Source: an uncultured delta proteobacterium
GTDB taxonomy: Bacteria; Desulfobacterota; Binatia; Bin18
DNA: 55,926 nucleotides
NCBI GenBank assembly: GCA_963733195.1
Contig: CAVTCR010000030.1
Location: forward strand, 1-55,926
Reading direction: 5' to 3'
Shown piece after piece: positions 10,806 through 21,815 of this stretch; position 1 is the first letter of the stretch, and each line of letters begins with the position of its first letter. The notes under the pieces were generated by a model, which was not told where the DNA came from, did not search any database, and saw only the letters and a list, made by a program, of their open reading frames with translations. A program made the translations under genes and the position numbers.

Positions 10806-11093
10806 ATGAAAATGCATCAGTTCTTTCGCGACGTCGCCTTCGCTGCCGCACTCGCTACCACCACCGTGGGGATCCAGGCGCGAACAGCTAGCGCCATGCC
10901 GAGAAACCCCTGCCAAGACTACGTCAACCAGGCCCGTGCGAATCAAGCGTTAGGAAGGATGTGGTTTAACTACGGCAGCGCGTTGATGGACCTCGGCTGG
11001 GTGAGCCAAGCTTCAGACGCATTCAACAACGCCACAGTCTTTTATGGTTTTGCTGAAGCGTACGTGACGTGGTACGATCAAGAGTGCCGTTGA
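10806..11093 (+). CDS. Small secreted hypothetical protein
   Basis: RBS GAGGAGG, ATG 10806, Sec-type signal ending ASA, mature region of about 65 aa with two Cys. Confidence 0.65.
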   Translation: MKMHQFFRDVAFAAALATTTVGIQARTASAMPRNPCQDYVNQARANQALGRMWFNYGSALMDLGWVSQASDAFNNATVFYGFAEAYVTWYDQECR

Positions 11094-11916
11094 ACCCAGC
11101 GTTGAGTTGCGTGACCACGAGGCAGGAATTGCCATAGCCTATTAGACATAGACAGAATCTTCCGGTGCTCCGCGCGGCCCCTTGTCAAAAGAGGGTACGC
11201 GCGGTTGTGCCTGGTCAAAATGAGTCAGGAAAAGATCCCTCGCTAGCAACGTCTGATACGCGCCCCGTATGTCAAGTTTGTCCCTACCTAACTTCGTGAT
11301 TTCTTGAGTCTCTTGCACTCGTTGTGACAGGGTAGAAATCCGCATACCTACTGTGCCCTGTTTGCACCCTTTACCAGCGCCGGTGTGTGCGACGCAGATA
11401 ACACGGATCGAGGAAGAGTTTCGCGAAGTCTCTCATGACGAAAGAACGAGGGCCCGTGAGCAACAGGAAATTGGCACACGCTCACCCTTGATCCTCGATG
11501 ACAACGTGAAGCCTCACATCAGAAGTGACATTTCTCTGTGCCTTCAACGTGAGTCTGTAACTGTTCGATAGGCTCGCAACAGATCAGGACCTCTTACGCG
11601 GAGTGCAGGAGAGGAAACTGCTCCTACGATTCTTCAGGGAGGATTGGGGGATGGAGTGGACGCTGCTTGGAGCGAAGTCCGTGGCCTGTCTCTGTCCGTG
11701 CTATGTGCGAGAAGACGTCCATCTTTTCCTGAGTGTCTGAGGGTCGACTTGTATCGCAGTGAATTCAGATACTTCTGCGGAGCCCGATACAAGGGGTTCA
11801 TGGCGGAACACACATAGGATCAGTTCGAGCTGACGGCAGGAGATAATTTTATCACCCCACTCGCCGCCTCGTGTCATTTCTCATTGTCCCGTCTCGTGGC
11901 ACACCCTCGTCACGCC

Positions 11917-12309
11917 TTAAGTGGTTGTAATGAATAACCGTCGCAGCTCCCTCTGCGCCACGTTTGCCACGAGCGCGAGAAGCTGGCGAGCCATTCCATG
12001 ACAGCGCAGCTCTAGCAACACCGTGATGTCGAACTGGGCCAGATGCTGGTTGTGCTCAGTACGCCACAACACAACATGTGCCATCGCGACAATCTGTGCG
12101 ACTTCTCCGGACCAGACGGCCCAGGCGTGCACCTCCCAAAAGGCGGGAATACTACTCCATTCGTGGATCGTCTCTTCCACCGTTAACGGTGGATCCTCAG
12201 GCCATTGTTCAGCGCGGATGCGATTACCAAAGACGTTGACCGCGACCCACTCGCGTGGGCTCGCAGTGGTTGGGACAAAGAGTGCAGTGTAGAACGTACG
12301 CTTAGACAT
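11917..12309 (-). pseudogene. GNAT-family acetyltransferase fragment
   Basis: ITVLLELRCHGMARQLL resembles the GNAT acetyl-CoA motif (VxPxxRxxGxAxxLL). The ORF stops early. Confidence 0.55.
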
Positions 12310-13861
12310 GGGACACCTCCGGTTGCACAACCGCCGTCTGACGCAATAACTCATGATGTTCGAATAGGTGGAAACGCATATCTCTGTCTGGTGATTCCTT
12401 CTGCGAAGCGATATGCCAACGCATCGTGGTCAATCGATCGAGGAAGTACTGATCGTGACTGACCAAGAGCAAGCCACAAGGACACTCCTGCAGCGCGGCT
12501 TCGAGACACTGAATCGATGGCAGATCGAGATGATTGGTGGGTTCATCCATGATGATCAGGTGTGGAGCCCGCGTGATACCTAGGGCGAACACGAGCTTGC
12601 GGACTTCCCCAGGACTTGGGTCCGTCGTTTCTAGCAACCGCTGCGGGCGTGATCCCAGCCGACTCACGATCGTCATCAAGTGGCCCAGTTGCTCCTTACG
12701 AAGGGTTCGCACCTGCATAAGCAGAGTACGCGCAGCCTGGGCATCAATCTCTTGCGGAACATAGACGAGTTGCTCGGTAGGAAGATCAAGCAGACTGACC
12801 ATATAGCGGACGAGCGTACTCTTACCGCCTCCGTTGAGACCAGTGAGGGCAATGCGATCACGCGGTCGTATTACCAGATGTGGGTAATGAAGCCGACGGT
12901 CCTCGCCGAGCGGCAATGAACCTGCTTCTACAGTGAGAAGCGCATTGCGTCGCGAGCAGAAGCCGGGCAGCAAATGCCCATCTCGTACCTCTTGGTGACC
13001 GCAAATTGTTGCTCACGTCGCTGCAGTTGCTCGACACGACTCTGTATCTGACGCAAGCGTTGAGCGGCTCCAGCATCTTTGCCTGTGATCAGTGCGTGAT
13101 TGATTTTGCCCCGGGCGTCATGATCTTTGGGATCCAGCCCACGCTTGGACAGTCGAGCTTGCGAGCCAGCGACTTCTGCTCTCCGCACTGCTACTTCACG
13201 TTCCAATCGACGGCGTTCCCGTTTGAGCAAATCAGCCTGCGAACGTTGATACACCTCGTCCTGTGCTGCGTATTGGAGCCCTTGGGTAATACCACCAGGA
13301 CGGAGTGTCACATATGGCGGTTCAACGAACAAACACTGGTGACACAAGTCATCAAGCAGTGCACGATCGTGACTCACCAGTAGTCCTACGCCAGCGAAAG
13401 AGCGTAACGCGTCACGGAGCAACTGCCGTGCTTGAGCATCGAGGTGGTTCGTTGGTTCATCGATCGCTAACACTTCAGGCTGCCGCCACAGGGCAACGGC
13501 AATCTGCGCACGCTTGCGCTCACCATGACTCAGCGTTGACCAGCGAGCTAACAATTCATCTGCAATCCCGAGCTGGCCTTTCCATGAACACGCTTCACCG
13601 TCTGTCGCTGGGAGAAGCTCTGCAAGCCCTGCAGGTGGCGCATCGGTACGCTGCGGGCAATAGATCGACTCGGTAGCCACTATAATAGTCCCCTGCTGCG
13701 GCGCAAGCTCACCGGTTCCCAAGCGGAGTAGCGTCGTTTTCCCAGTCCCATTGGCTCCCACGATCCCAGTCCAGCCTCGCGGGAAGTGGGCCGACACGGC
13801 AGTGAGAAGCGGTATCGTACGTAAATGACACATCATGAAAGATCACTTGCAAATGACTCAT
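12302..13861 (-). CDS. ABC-F family ATPase with two frameshifts (~13810 and ~12970)
   Basis: True start MSHLQVIFHDVSFTYD at 13861 (RBS GAGGGG). NBD1 GANGTGKT/LSHGE/DEPTNHLD; coiled linker; NBD2 GLNGGGKS/SPGE/DEPTNHLD. No TM partner. Confidence 0.88.
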
Positions 13862-14333
13862 ACCCCCTCACTTTCTTCCCACCGAAGGAAAGGCAGCGGG
13901 TTGCGCATCGAGCCGAAGTCGTACAGAAGAAAGGAAGCCATCATCCCAGAGGATGGGAGAGGACAACGAGCTATTCAGGGAGTGAACGTAACCGTCGGGC
14001 ACGAATGGCAACCCAGATCGTCCGGACATGACCCCACAAGCGCGGAACAGGCGTGTACGCAGTAGGGCACCGTGTACTGTTCTTGCTTGCTAGGTCTACC
14101 GTGTTATCGAACCTGGTCCAACATGCCTTTGGCCCTCTTGGGGGATGCGTTGCAATGACGGTTGAGAATCCGTCGTTCAAGTAACGCTAAAGAACCTACC
14201 GCGAGCTGTCAAGCGGTTGTTCGTGATGAAGCAAGAATCACATTGAGTTTTATAAAAGAATCTCAAAACCCAAGCAGAAAGTACGAGTGTGCCACGTTGA
14301 TTGTGGGACGGGTTTTGGAAGAGGAGGAGGAAA

Positions 14334-15142
14334 CTACCCGTGTTGGCGCTCTGCCTTGTCGCGGATGATCATGAGCTCATTGAGAGAACGATTAATGCCG
14401 TTAATGATCTCGCGCAATCCATCTACATTTGTCACATGATTGCTGACCAAGGACACAAGGCCGATCCATCCTGAACGTATCCCAGCTTCTATCGCCCAGT
14501 ACAAGGCGATTAAGCACCGACGATCAAAGGTCGGAAACACGGCCAACCCACTAGCATCTTCGGCGTAGGCCGCGATGTGTTGCTGTACTAACGGATTGCC
14601 GTGTTTGAAGACGCACAGTGGCTTATACATACCCTCGTAGGGATCGCCAAGCTGTCTCTTTAACCCCGGGTTCTCGCTATCAAGCTTGTCAAGTGCAGCC
14701 TTAACACAATCCTTGACGTTATCGATATTTTGCTTTTCATCCGTGTGCCCAAGCCATTTTTCGCTCGGACGCTGTCAGCGCCAATCGAGGCCAGCATCAT
14801 GGAATGCTCGAAAGTGGACGCGGCGATTGAAGCCGCTTGATAAGCGAACCCAGCAGCCGTCAATCGACGGATAGCGGAAATATCCTGAGCTATCTGGGCA
14901 AGAAGTTGACCACAGACCTGCTTCGCAACGGTAATAGTTGGGGATGGGTGTGCGGCGCTTGAGCGCCGCAAGGTCAGCATAATTGAGTCAAATGTGTCCC
15001 CCGCTAAGCTTTGGTGTTGTTGGAGGGCAGGGACGAGCGCGTTCTCCGGAACACCATACCTCTGCAATGCTATTGCATGAGCAGAATCTCCAAACTCCGC
15101 CTCGAACTTCGACGAAAGAACCTCCTTCCAAGACTCTTTCAT
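14334..15142 (-). pseudogene. Hypothetical helical protein (DUF5677-like), broken into two ORFs
   Basis: AGFAYQAASIAASTFE in the first ORF and YKPLCVFKHGNP in the second resemble the two conserved blocks of this family. The family call is tentative. Confidence 0.4.
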
Positions 15143-15457
15143 TCTCGATAACCTCTATCTCACGCAGTTATTAATTCGATAACACACGTTGCCATGATCG
15201 TTGATTCCGGGTACGCGTTTGAGCAGAATTGCCGGATCGAACACTTTTACATTGGTATTCCATTGTACATGGTCTGTTATTGCGTGAGTCTTGGCAACGA
15301 TTCCATATGAATTCTAGGAAACATACCATGAGATCCAGAGAAGTTCACAAACTCACATGATGGACTTGCGTGCCACTAGACTTCGCGACGCCAATAGTAA
15401 AGACACTCCCCAAAGGTTGAGCCACGCCCGTTGCGCTGCGGAGATAGAGCCTGCCGA

Positions 15458-15772
15458 TTATCCGCCTGCACGCACCTGCAGGTTGTTGACTACGCGACTC
15501 ACGCCTTGGGTCTCCTGTGCCAGCGTCGCCGCCCGTTGCTTCAGAGCCTCGCTCTCGACCGTGCCGCTGAGACTGACGACCCCCTGAGTAGTGTCGACGT
15601 TAACCGCGGTTAAGGTCGCGGCCTGCTCGGTAGCTAATTTGCCCTTCACTGCCGTGGTAATCGCCGCGTCATCCACATTTTGCCCCACCGTCTTCCCGGT
15701 CCCTGGTTCACACCCCCCAAGGAGGGCGGCGCAGAGCACCCCGACAACCATTAAGCGTATACCATAATGCAT
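15458..15772 (-). CDS. BON domain (OsmY-like) lipoprotein
   Basis: Lipobox LGGC, DDAAITTAVKGKL, GVVSLSGTV, GVSRVVNNLQV. Confidence 0.9.
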   Translation of the reverse strand: MHYGIRLMVVGVLCAALLGGCEPGTGKTVGQNVDDAAITTAVKGKLATEQAATLTAVNVDTTQGVVSLSGTVESEALKQRAATLAQETQGVSRVVNNLQVRAGG

Positions 15773-16248
15773 GACATGATCTCCTCTCACAGGTATTTTG
15801 GGGAGCCATCCCTCTTTCACACTACCGACGTTTCTTGCTTATGCAAGCATTACGAACGCCTCTGGGGAAGAACTACCCCCTTCGTGGGGAAACCACCAGA
15901 GCCGCTCTTCAGGTCTGCTTACGGAGCAGAAGGGGAGAATGGAATCCGTGTTTGGGAGACGTAAACGCATCGAACCGCAACGTGCTCAATACGGTAGTGC
16001 TATCCAAGTAATAATGGCCAGCAAACGCGAATCTACAAAATATTGGACAATCATGGCTTTTGCGTGATCTTATCGGGACTAAGCATTACCAGGATCGCAC
16101 TACTCACTACTGGAATGGTGTATCCATTGTGGCCCAGTATGAGGCCGTTGCGTGAGGGGGACGGTCCATTCCATTAGAACCTAGACGCATTGTTCACGTG
16201 TGCCCTGTGAGGGACGCTCGCCCACGCCTCCGCAGACTGGTATAAGAG

Positions 16249-17661
16249 TTGTTGCATGGATTGGGTATGACTTTTGCTCCTCCTTCCGCGCTGTTCACTG
16301 ACTTGTACGAACTGACGATGGCAGCCAGCTACTTTCAGCACCGCATGGTTGCCCCGGCGACGTTCAGCCTGTTCGTGCGCTCCTTACCCCCAGACCGTGG
16401 GTTTCTCGTTGTCGCTGGCATTGCCGAGGTGCTTCACCTTCTCGAAGAGTTCTTCTTTACGACCGAAGACCTTGCCTTCCTGCGCCAGACGGGACGGTTT
16501 GCCCCAGAGTTTCTCGAGTACCTGGCCCAGCTGCGCTTTACTGGCGAGGTGGCTACTCTTCCCGAAGGGTCTTTCTGTTTTGCGCAGGAACCCTTGCTGG
16601 AGATCACTGCCCCCCTCATCGAGGCGCAATTGGTCGAGACCGTCGTGCTCAATGCGTTACACATGCAGACCCTGATTGCGAGCAAAGCCGCCCGCTATTT
16701 TTCCGCCGCCGCCGGTCGGAGCTTGGTCGATTTTGCGCTCCGCCGTACTCACGGCAGGGAGGCGGGACTCAAAGTGGCCCGCGCCAGTTACTTGGCGGGC
16801 TTCGACGGTACGAGCAATGTCCTAGCGAGTCAGCTCTATGGCATTCCGAGCTACGGAACCATGGCGCATTCGTTCATTGAAAGTTTCGACGACGAAGAAA
16901 CCGCGTTTGCCGCCTATGCAGCGACATTTCCCGCGGACGCCGCGCTGTTGCTCGACACATACGATACCGTGACGGGCGCACGTCGGGCGGCGCGAGTGGG
17001 GCAAAGGTTACTGCAGCGGGGCTATCACTTGCGCGGGGTGCGGCTGGATAGTGGCGAGCTCCTCCCGCTGAGTCAGGCGACTCGCAGGATTCTTGATGAG
17101 GCGGGCCTCCCCTTTACCCGCATCTATGCCAGTGGGGGACTCACCGAACACACGGTCGAACGGCTCGTGCGCGCGGGCGCGCCCATTGACGTATTCGGCG
17201 TCGGCACCGCTCTCGGGGGGAGTACGGACGCGCCCGCACTCGATATGGCCTACAAGCTGGTGGAGTACGCGGGGCGGCCGCGCCTGAAACTCAGTCCCGA
17301 GAAAGTCAGTCTGGTCGGTCGCAAGCAAGTCTTTCGCCTGCACGCGCCGGATGGCACCTATGCCCGAGATGTGATCGGGTTTCGTGAGGAGACGGCGGAT
17401 TCGGTCGCCCACGAAGCGGGCGTTGCCCCGGACCGGGTTGTCCCGCTGCTCCACCCGGTGATGAGCAAAGGGCGGGTCAGTCCTCCCTTGCCACCCCTAC
17501 ACGAGAGTCGCGCCCGTTTCATCGCCGACTTTGCGCACCTCCCCCCTGGGACCCGGGCGTTGCACCCCCCAGCTCCGTACTCCGTAACCTTGACGAAGAC
17601 GCTCACGCAATGTCAACAAGAAACCCTGGCACAACTACGGACACGAGACGAACGCACATAG
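16249..17661 (+). CDS. pncB: Nicotinate phosphoribosyltransferase
   Basis: ALFTDLYELTM, DFALRRTHG, GTSNV, GTMAHS, LLDTYD, GVRLDSG, ASGG, FGVGT, YKLVEY. Confidence 0.95.
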   Translation: MLHGLGMTFAPPSALFTDLYELTMAASYFQHRMVAPATFSLFVRSLPPDRGFLVVAGIAEVLHLLEEFFFTTEDLAFLRQTGRFAPEFLEYLAQLRFTGEVATLPEGSFCFAQEPLLEITAPLIEAQLVETVVLNALHMQTLIASKAARYFSAAAGRSLVDFALRRTHGREAGLKVARASYLAGFDGTSNVLASQLYGIPSYGTMAHSFIESFDDEETAFAAYAATFPADAALLLDTYDTVTGARRAARVGQRLLQRGYHLRGVRLDSGELLPLSQATRRILDEAGLPFTRIYASGGLTEHTVERLVRAGAPIDVFGVGTALGGSTDAPALDMAYKLVEYAGRPRLKLSPEKVSLVGRKQVFRLHAPDGTYARDVIGFREETADSVAHEAGVAPDRVVPLLHPVMSKGRVSPPLPPLHESRARFIADFAHLPPGTRALHPPAPYSVTLTKTLTQCQQETLAQLRTRDERT

Positions 17662-17688
17662 CAACCTGCTTTCCTGGTAACCGGACTC

Positions 17689-18005
17689 GTCGAGTAGGGA
17701 GGATGGCTCCAAGGTGTAGGTCAGCTTTGTATTCCCTGTTGCTCCCGCCTTTCGGTATCAGGAGTGTCACATGATTCGACCGCGCCTTGTTGCGCCCCTC
17801 CCCCTCACAGAAGCCTGCCGGCGGATTTCCCGCACAAGCCTCTTCAGCCAGCCGTTCCCCGCACAGGAAGGGGTGAGACGAGACGACCGGGTTGCGGAAG
17901 CGGATACCGCACCCGATAGTGACAGAACTGCGCCCAGGAGAAACTGTGGCGTTGGCTGCGGGCTGCGCCGATTGAGCCACTTGAACACCAAGCGATCCAC
18001 TAGTG
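17689..18005 (-). mobile_element. Group II intron 3' remnant (maturase C-terminus, domain V, domain VI)
   Basis: Minus strand encodes VFKWLNRRS...FSWAQF...RYPLPQP. It is followed by domain V-like GAGGCTTGTGCGGGAAATCCGCCGGCAGGCTTCTGTGAGGGG (~17843-17801), a long domain VI and the terminal CCCTACTCGAC ending at 17689. Confidence 0.85.
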
Positions 18006-18082
18006 AGACTTGAACAGCTTTGAGCGTTGCGGGAGCACCGTCCTCCCCGGATGGCTTGCTGGCATATCCGCAGGAGGACGGT

Positions 18083-18505
18083 ATGACGGAAACGAGCTGG
18101 CAGAGCTTGGCGCACTCGCGCTGGGAATGCAAGGATCACGTGGTGTTTATCCCCAAGTATCGCCGCAAGGCAATCTATGGCGAGATCAGAGCGAGCGTGG
18201 GCGGGATCTTCCCTGAGCTTGCCCGGCAGAAGGAAGGCCGGATTGTGGAGGGGCATTTGTTGGCGGACCATGTCCACATGTGTATCGAGATCCCGCCCAA
18301 GCATGCGGTGGCCTCGATTATCGGCTTCTTGAAGGGCAAGAGTGCGGTGGCGATTGCGCGGCAGTTTGGCGGGAAGCTGAAGAACTTCACGGGTGAGCAC
18401 TTCTGGGCGCGTGGCTATGCAGTGTCGACGGTGGGGTACGAGCTGGAAAAGGTGAAACGGTACATTCGGGAACAAGAGGCAGACGATCAGGCAGGGAGAT
18501 TCTAA
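18083..18505 (+). mobile_element. tnpA: IS200/IS605-family Y1 transposase TnpA
   Basis: HVVFIPKYRRK, HUH motif DHVH, FWARGY, catalytic Tyr in KRYIREQ. RBS AGGAGG. Downstream hairpins GCCGTCTTTGAGACGGC and CCACCCGCTTCGCGGGGGG. No tnpB. Confidence 0.95.
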
Positions 18506-18750
18506 CCGCAACTAGCCGTCTTTGAGACGGCCCAACCCAGCAAGCCACCCGCTTCGCGGGGGGTACGCTGACTTAGTGACCACTAAGTAGGGGCTACGGT
18601 ATCAATACGAAAATAAAACTATACCGAGTCTGATGGGAAGAGTGAGCTTTGACACGAAGGATGGCATTGTCAGATGCTATGAAGCGCATCGCCGAAGATG
18701 CGTTGGTATTGCTACAGTCCTCTGGAATCTACAGAAGGAGGACAGAAACA

Positions 18751-19148
18751 ATGGCGACAACAACTCAGCATCGACACGTGACAGTAACGCGGGCTCCACA
18801 GTAATTTCTCGCACTTGATCTGGGCTCATGACCTGGAAGCTCGGCTTCACTCGCGACTTCAACGATACGCCGTGGGTGCGAGAAATTACTGGGAGCGGCG
18901 GAGAAACACTGCTCAAAATAATTGCCCAGGCCAAGCGGCATTTCAAGATGCCCGCCACGACTGCAGTCCACAGCTTCTATGAAGCCGGGTGTGATGGATT
19001 TTTGCTCCATCGCTTTTTAGAGCAGCACGGCGTGCAGAGTCTGGTAGTGGATTCCTCCAGTATTACCGTAGAGCGCCGGGCTCATTGGGCTAAGACGGAT
19101 CGGCTGGATGTCCGTAAGTTATTTACAATGCTGGACGTTGTTGCATAA
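18751..19148 (+). pseudogene. IS110-family recombinase N-terminal fragment
   Basis: FLALDLG, YEAGCDGF, VVDSSSI, AKTDRLD motifs of the DEDD domain. Internal stop at ~18802, a frameshift and truncation. Confidence 0.85.
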
Positions 19149-19279
19149 TTCGTAACGTCACAAATAGTCATAGTTAGAGTACCCCCCGACCGAAACAGAT
19201 GGCTTGTTGGGTATGGGCCGTCCCAAAGACGACTACTTACACAGAGTTAAAATCTCACCCTGAGCTAGCCTGATGCTTC

Positions 19280-19820
19280 TCCGTGTGCACTTCTGCCTTC
19301 TTGTTCGCGTAGCTCTGTACCGCTTCACCTAGCTCTAGCTCGTATCGCCCACGGTCGACACCGTATAGCCTCCCGGGCCCAGAACGGCGATCCCGGGTGA
19401 AGTTTTGCCGTGCCACTTCCCGCTGCAAACTGTCGGGCAATTAGCCATTTCCGCACTTTTGCCATCTTGGCGAAGCCGATAATCGAGGCCGCCGCAGGTT
19501 TGGGCGGGGAATCTCGATTCACCTGCGGGACATCGTCCGCGCAACACTACTGACCCTGCACGATTCGACACTGCTTGTGCCGGGCTAACTCATGAAAGAT
19601 ACCGCCCAAGGTGGCCGAGGATCTCCCCATAAAGTCTTGCTTTGCGCCTGATACTTTAGGCACTGAAGCGTTTCATTTCTGTCGTCTGATATCTTGCACT
19701 CCCAGCGCCAGCCATACACGTCAGAACTCTTCCGGGGTTCGGTCATGAGAGTCGGCCTTCCGAGTCTGCCACGCAAGCCATCCGGTGAGGACTCTGACTC
19801 GGACATCGTCTCAAAGCTCT
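19280..19820 (-). pseudogene. Heavily degraded second IS200 tnpA copy
   Basis: Frame-hopping matches to the 18083 copy (WECK, ASIIGF, IARQF, FWAR, YTVSTVG, VKRY). Upstream sequence CCGGATGGCTTGC is also shared. Confidence 0.75.
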
Positions 19821-19939
19821 GCCACGTCGCACTCGTCGCACGAGTAGCTTACCTCCATTAACGAGTTGGAGACCCCTGCTCATCCCATACATATGGTCTC
19901 GGGTATGCCTCCCAAGGAACTACTCACACAGAGTGAATC

Positions 19940-20190
19940 TCACGCTGAGCTAGCCTGCATGGCGTCGTCCGTGGTGGGCAGCAGTTTGTAACCCAGTGCC
20001 TTGGCTTTGCGCGCTAAGCTCTGGACGACGCGTTCGCGTTAGCTCTGTTCGTACTCGGCCATGCCCTGGGTCACATAAGCCTCGCCGTGCTTCAGGAGGC
20101 GATAGACCAAGCGGGCGAGTTTGTGGGCCGTAGCCACCACCGCTTTAGGGGTGCCTAGGCGCGCCTTCAAACGCCGGAAGAATGCGCCGA
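19940..20190 (-). pseudogene. IS110-family transposase C-terminal fragment
   Basis: FFRRLKARLGTPKAVVATAHKLARLVYRLLKHGEAYV...*RERVVQSLARKAKALGY, with an in-frame stop. Confidence 0.85.
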
Positions 20191-20529
20191 GCGCACATCG
20201 AGCGTCGCATTGAGGATGCGGTTAATGCGTTGTAGGGCCTCAAGCTCTTCGCGCTCTCTCTGGTGGATGGAGCGAGCTGAAGTTTTCGCCATAGGAGCCT
20301 TATGCTTACCGCCCAGGTGGGGCGCCGCGCTCGCCCGAGGCACAGGGGCAGCGGTTAAGTGTTTACAGTCTAAAGATATCCATTCCAAGCAAGTGGGTTT
20401 CATATAATCTCGCTCACTTCGCGCTTCGTCACGACGACAGGCAGGTTAAAGAACGGGGTTCAATGGTCTAGACCACGGCTCTCCTTCGAACATAAGGGCT
20501 CAAGCAAATATTACAGCTGTGTCCTCTGA

Positions 20530-20765
20530 AACCGCACAGTAACTTGCAGACCGAGACGTTCCGGCCGTTTCCGGAGGTACCCTTTATATTCTCAACATGG
20601 CGACGATCCAGGAAATCAGCCCCTAACCCACGATAGCTCTGTTTACTTTTCAGTCTGGGATACAGACTCACCAAAAGGTACGGGCCATGGCCACAATCGC
20701 GCACTTCTAGCCCTTGCGCGGCAAGGCGGCGAAACCGGGCAGCGAGGTAGGTCTACATGGGGTGC
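20530..20765 (-). pseudogene. Another IS110-family C-terminal fragment
   Basis: TYLAARFRRLAA...AIVAMART..VSLY..LKSKQSYRGLGADFLDRRH, read across frameshifts. Confidence 0.7.
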
Positions 20766-21231
20766 GACGCAATCCAGGCTGCCTGACAAAACCGTGAATG
20801 CACCCCCCAAAATTGATACTCCTACCCCTAAATGTCCAGTCACATTGACCCCCCAAACTCTCCTCGATTCTACGATGTCCGATAATATTACAGTATGTAA
20901 AATTTTAAGGTGCAAAAATCCCGTCTTTTCACGTGTGTTTTCACTAGGTGTTTTCGAAGTTCTAGAGTGTGCGTTTTTGCTGGGTGTTAGCATTCCTGCT
21001 AGCAGTACATAAACTGCGTTGAAAAACTAGGAGAGAGGATTCGTTTTTGGAAGTCCAGTGGAACTGTGAAACAGTTCTCAGCTGATGAAGAACGTTAGCG
21101 TTTTTCTATATATAGTTTTGTTTCATCCTCTCCCCTGCTCTGACTATTACCCACAAATAAACGCGTTGAATCTCTTGAGGGTACATTCCCCGAAGCTTGC
21201 TTCGTTCAGGTTTTTTGGGTAGCGGAGGGGG

Positions 21232-21690
21232 ATGGCAAAAAGCAAGTATCTTCACAAGAGTCACAATGTTTCGGTGTTACTCTATCATGTCGTCTGTACG
21301 GCGAAGTATCGTCGGGTGGTGTTCAGTGCGCATGTCGATGAGGTGGTCCGAGAGGTGTGTTTAGAGATCGCGAAGCGGTACGAGATGAGTTTCTTGGAGA
21401 TTGGGACGGATAAGAATCACGTGCATTTTCTGATTCAGGCAGTGCCGACGTACAGTCCGACGAAGATCGTGCAGACGGTCAAGAGTCTGACGGCGCGGCA
21501 CGTGTTTGCGCAGGCACCGGAAGTCAAGAAGCAGCTCTGGGGAGGAGAGTTTTGGGGGAAAGGATATTTCATGGCGACGGTGGGCCAACACGGCAACGAG
21601 CGGGTGATTGCGACGTATATCCGTAAGCAGGGCCAAGAACGAGACTACAAGCAGTTACACAAGCAGCCGCTGCAGTTAGAGTTGTTTTGA
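21232..21690 (+). mobile_element. tnpA: IS200/IS605-family TnpA, apparently intact
   Basis: YHVVCTAKYRR, NHVHFL, LWGGEFW, TYIRKQ. End hairpins CGAAGCTTGCTTCG (~21190) and CCTCGCAGCTTGCTGCGAGG (~21698-21717). Confidence 0.95.
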
Positions 21691-21815
21691 TTGGATGCCT
21701 CGCAGCTTGCTGCGAGGTTCTTCACTGTTTTTTCCCATCTTGAGATAGATTGTTATTTACTCTATTATCAAAATGACCGGTCAATTTTAATAGAGATATA
21801 ACAAAAGGGTAGAGT

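Noticed and set aside
18600-18750. IS110 bridge RNA upstream of the recombinase fragment
   Set aside because: Only short hairpins are visible, the element is decayed and its ends cannot be defined.
20794-20860. IS3-like terminal repeat TGAATGCACCCCCCAAAATTGA
   Set aside because: No partner repeat or transposase is visible.
18505-21730. TnpB/IscB with guide RNA next to tnpA
   Set aside because: No RuvC or zinc-finger ORF follows either tnpA; both end in hairpins directly.
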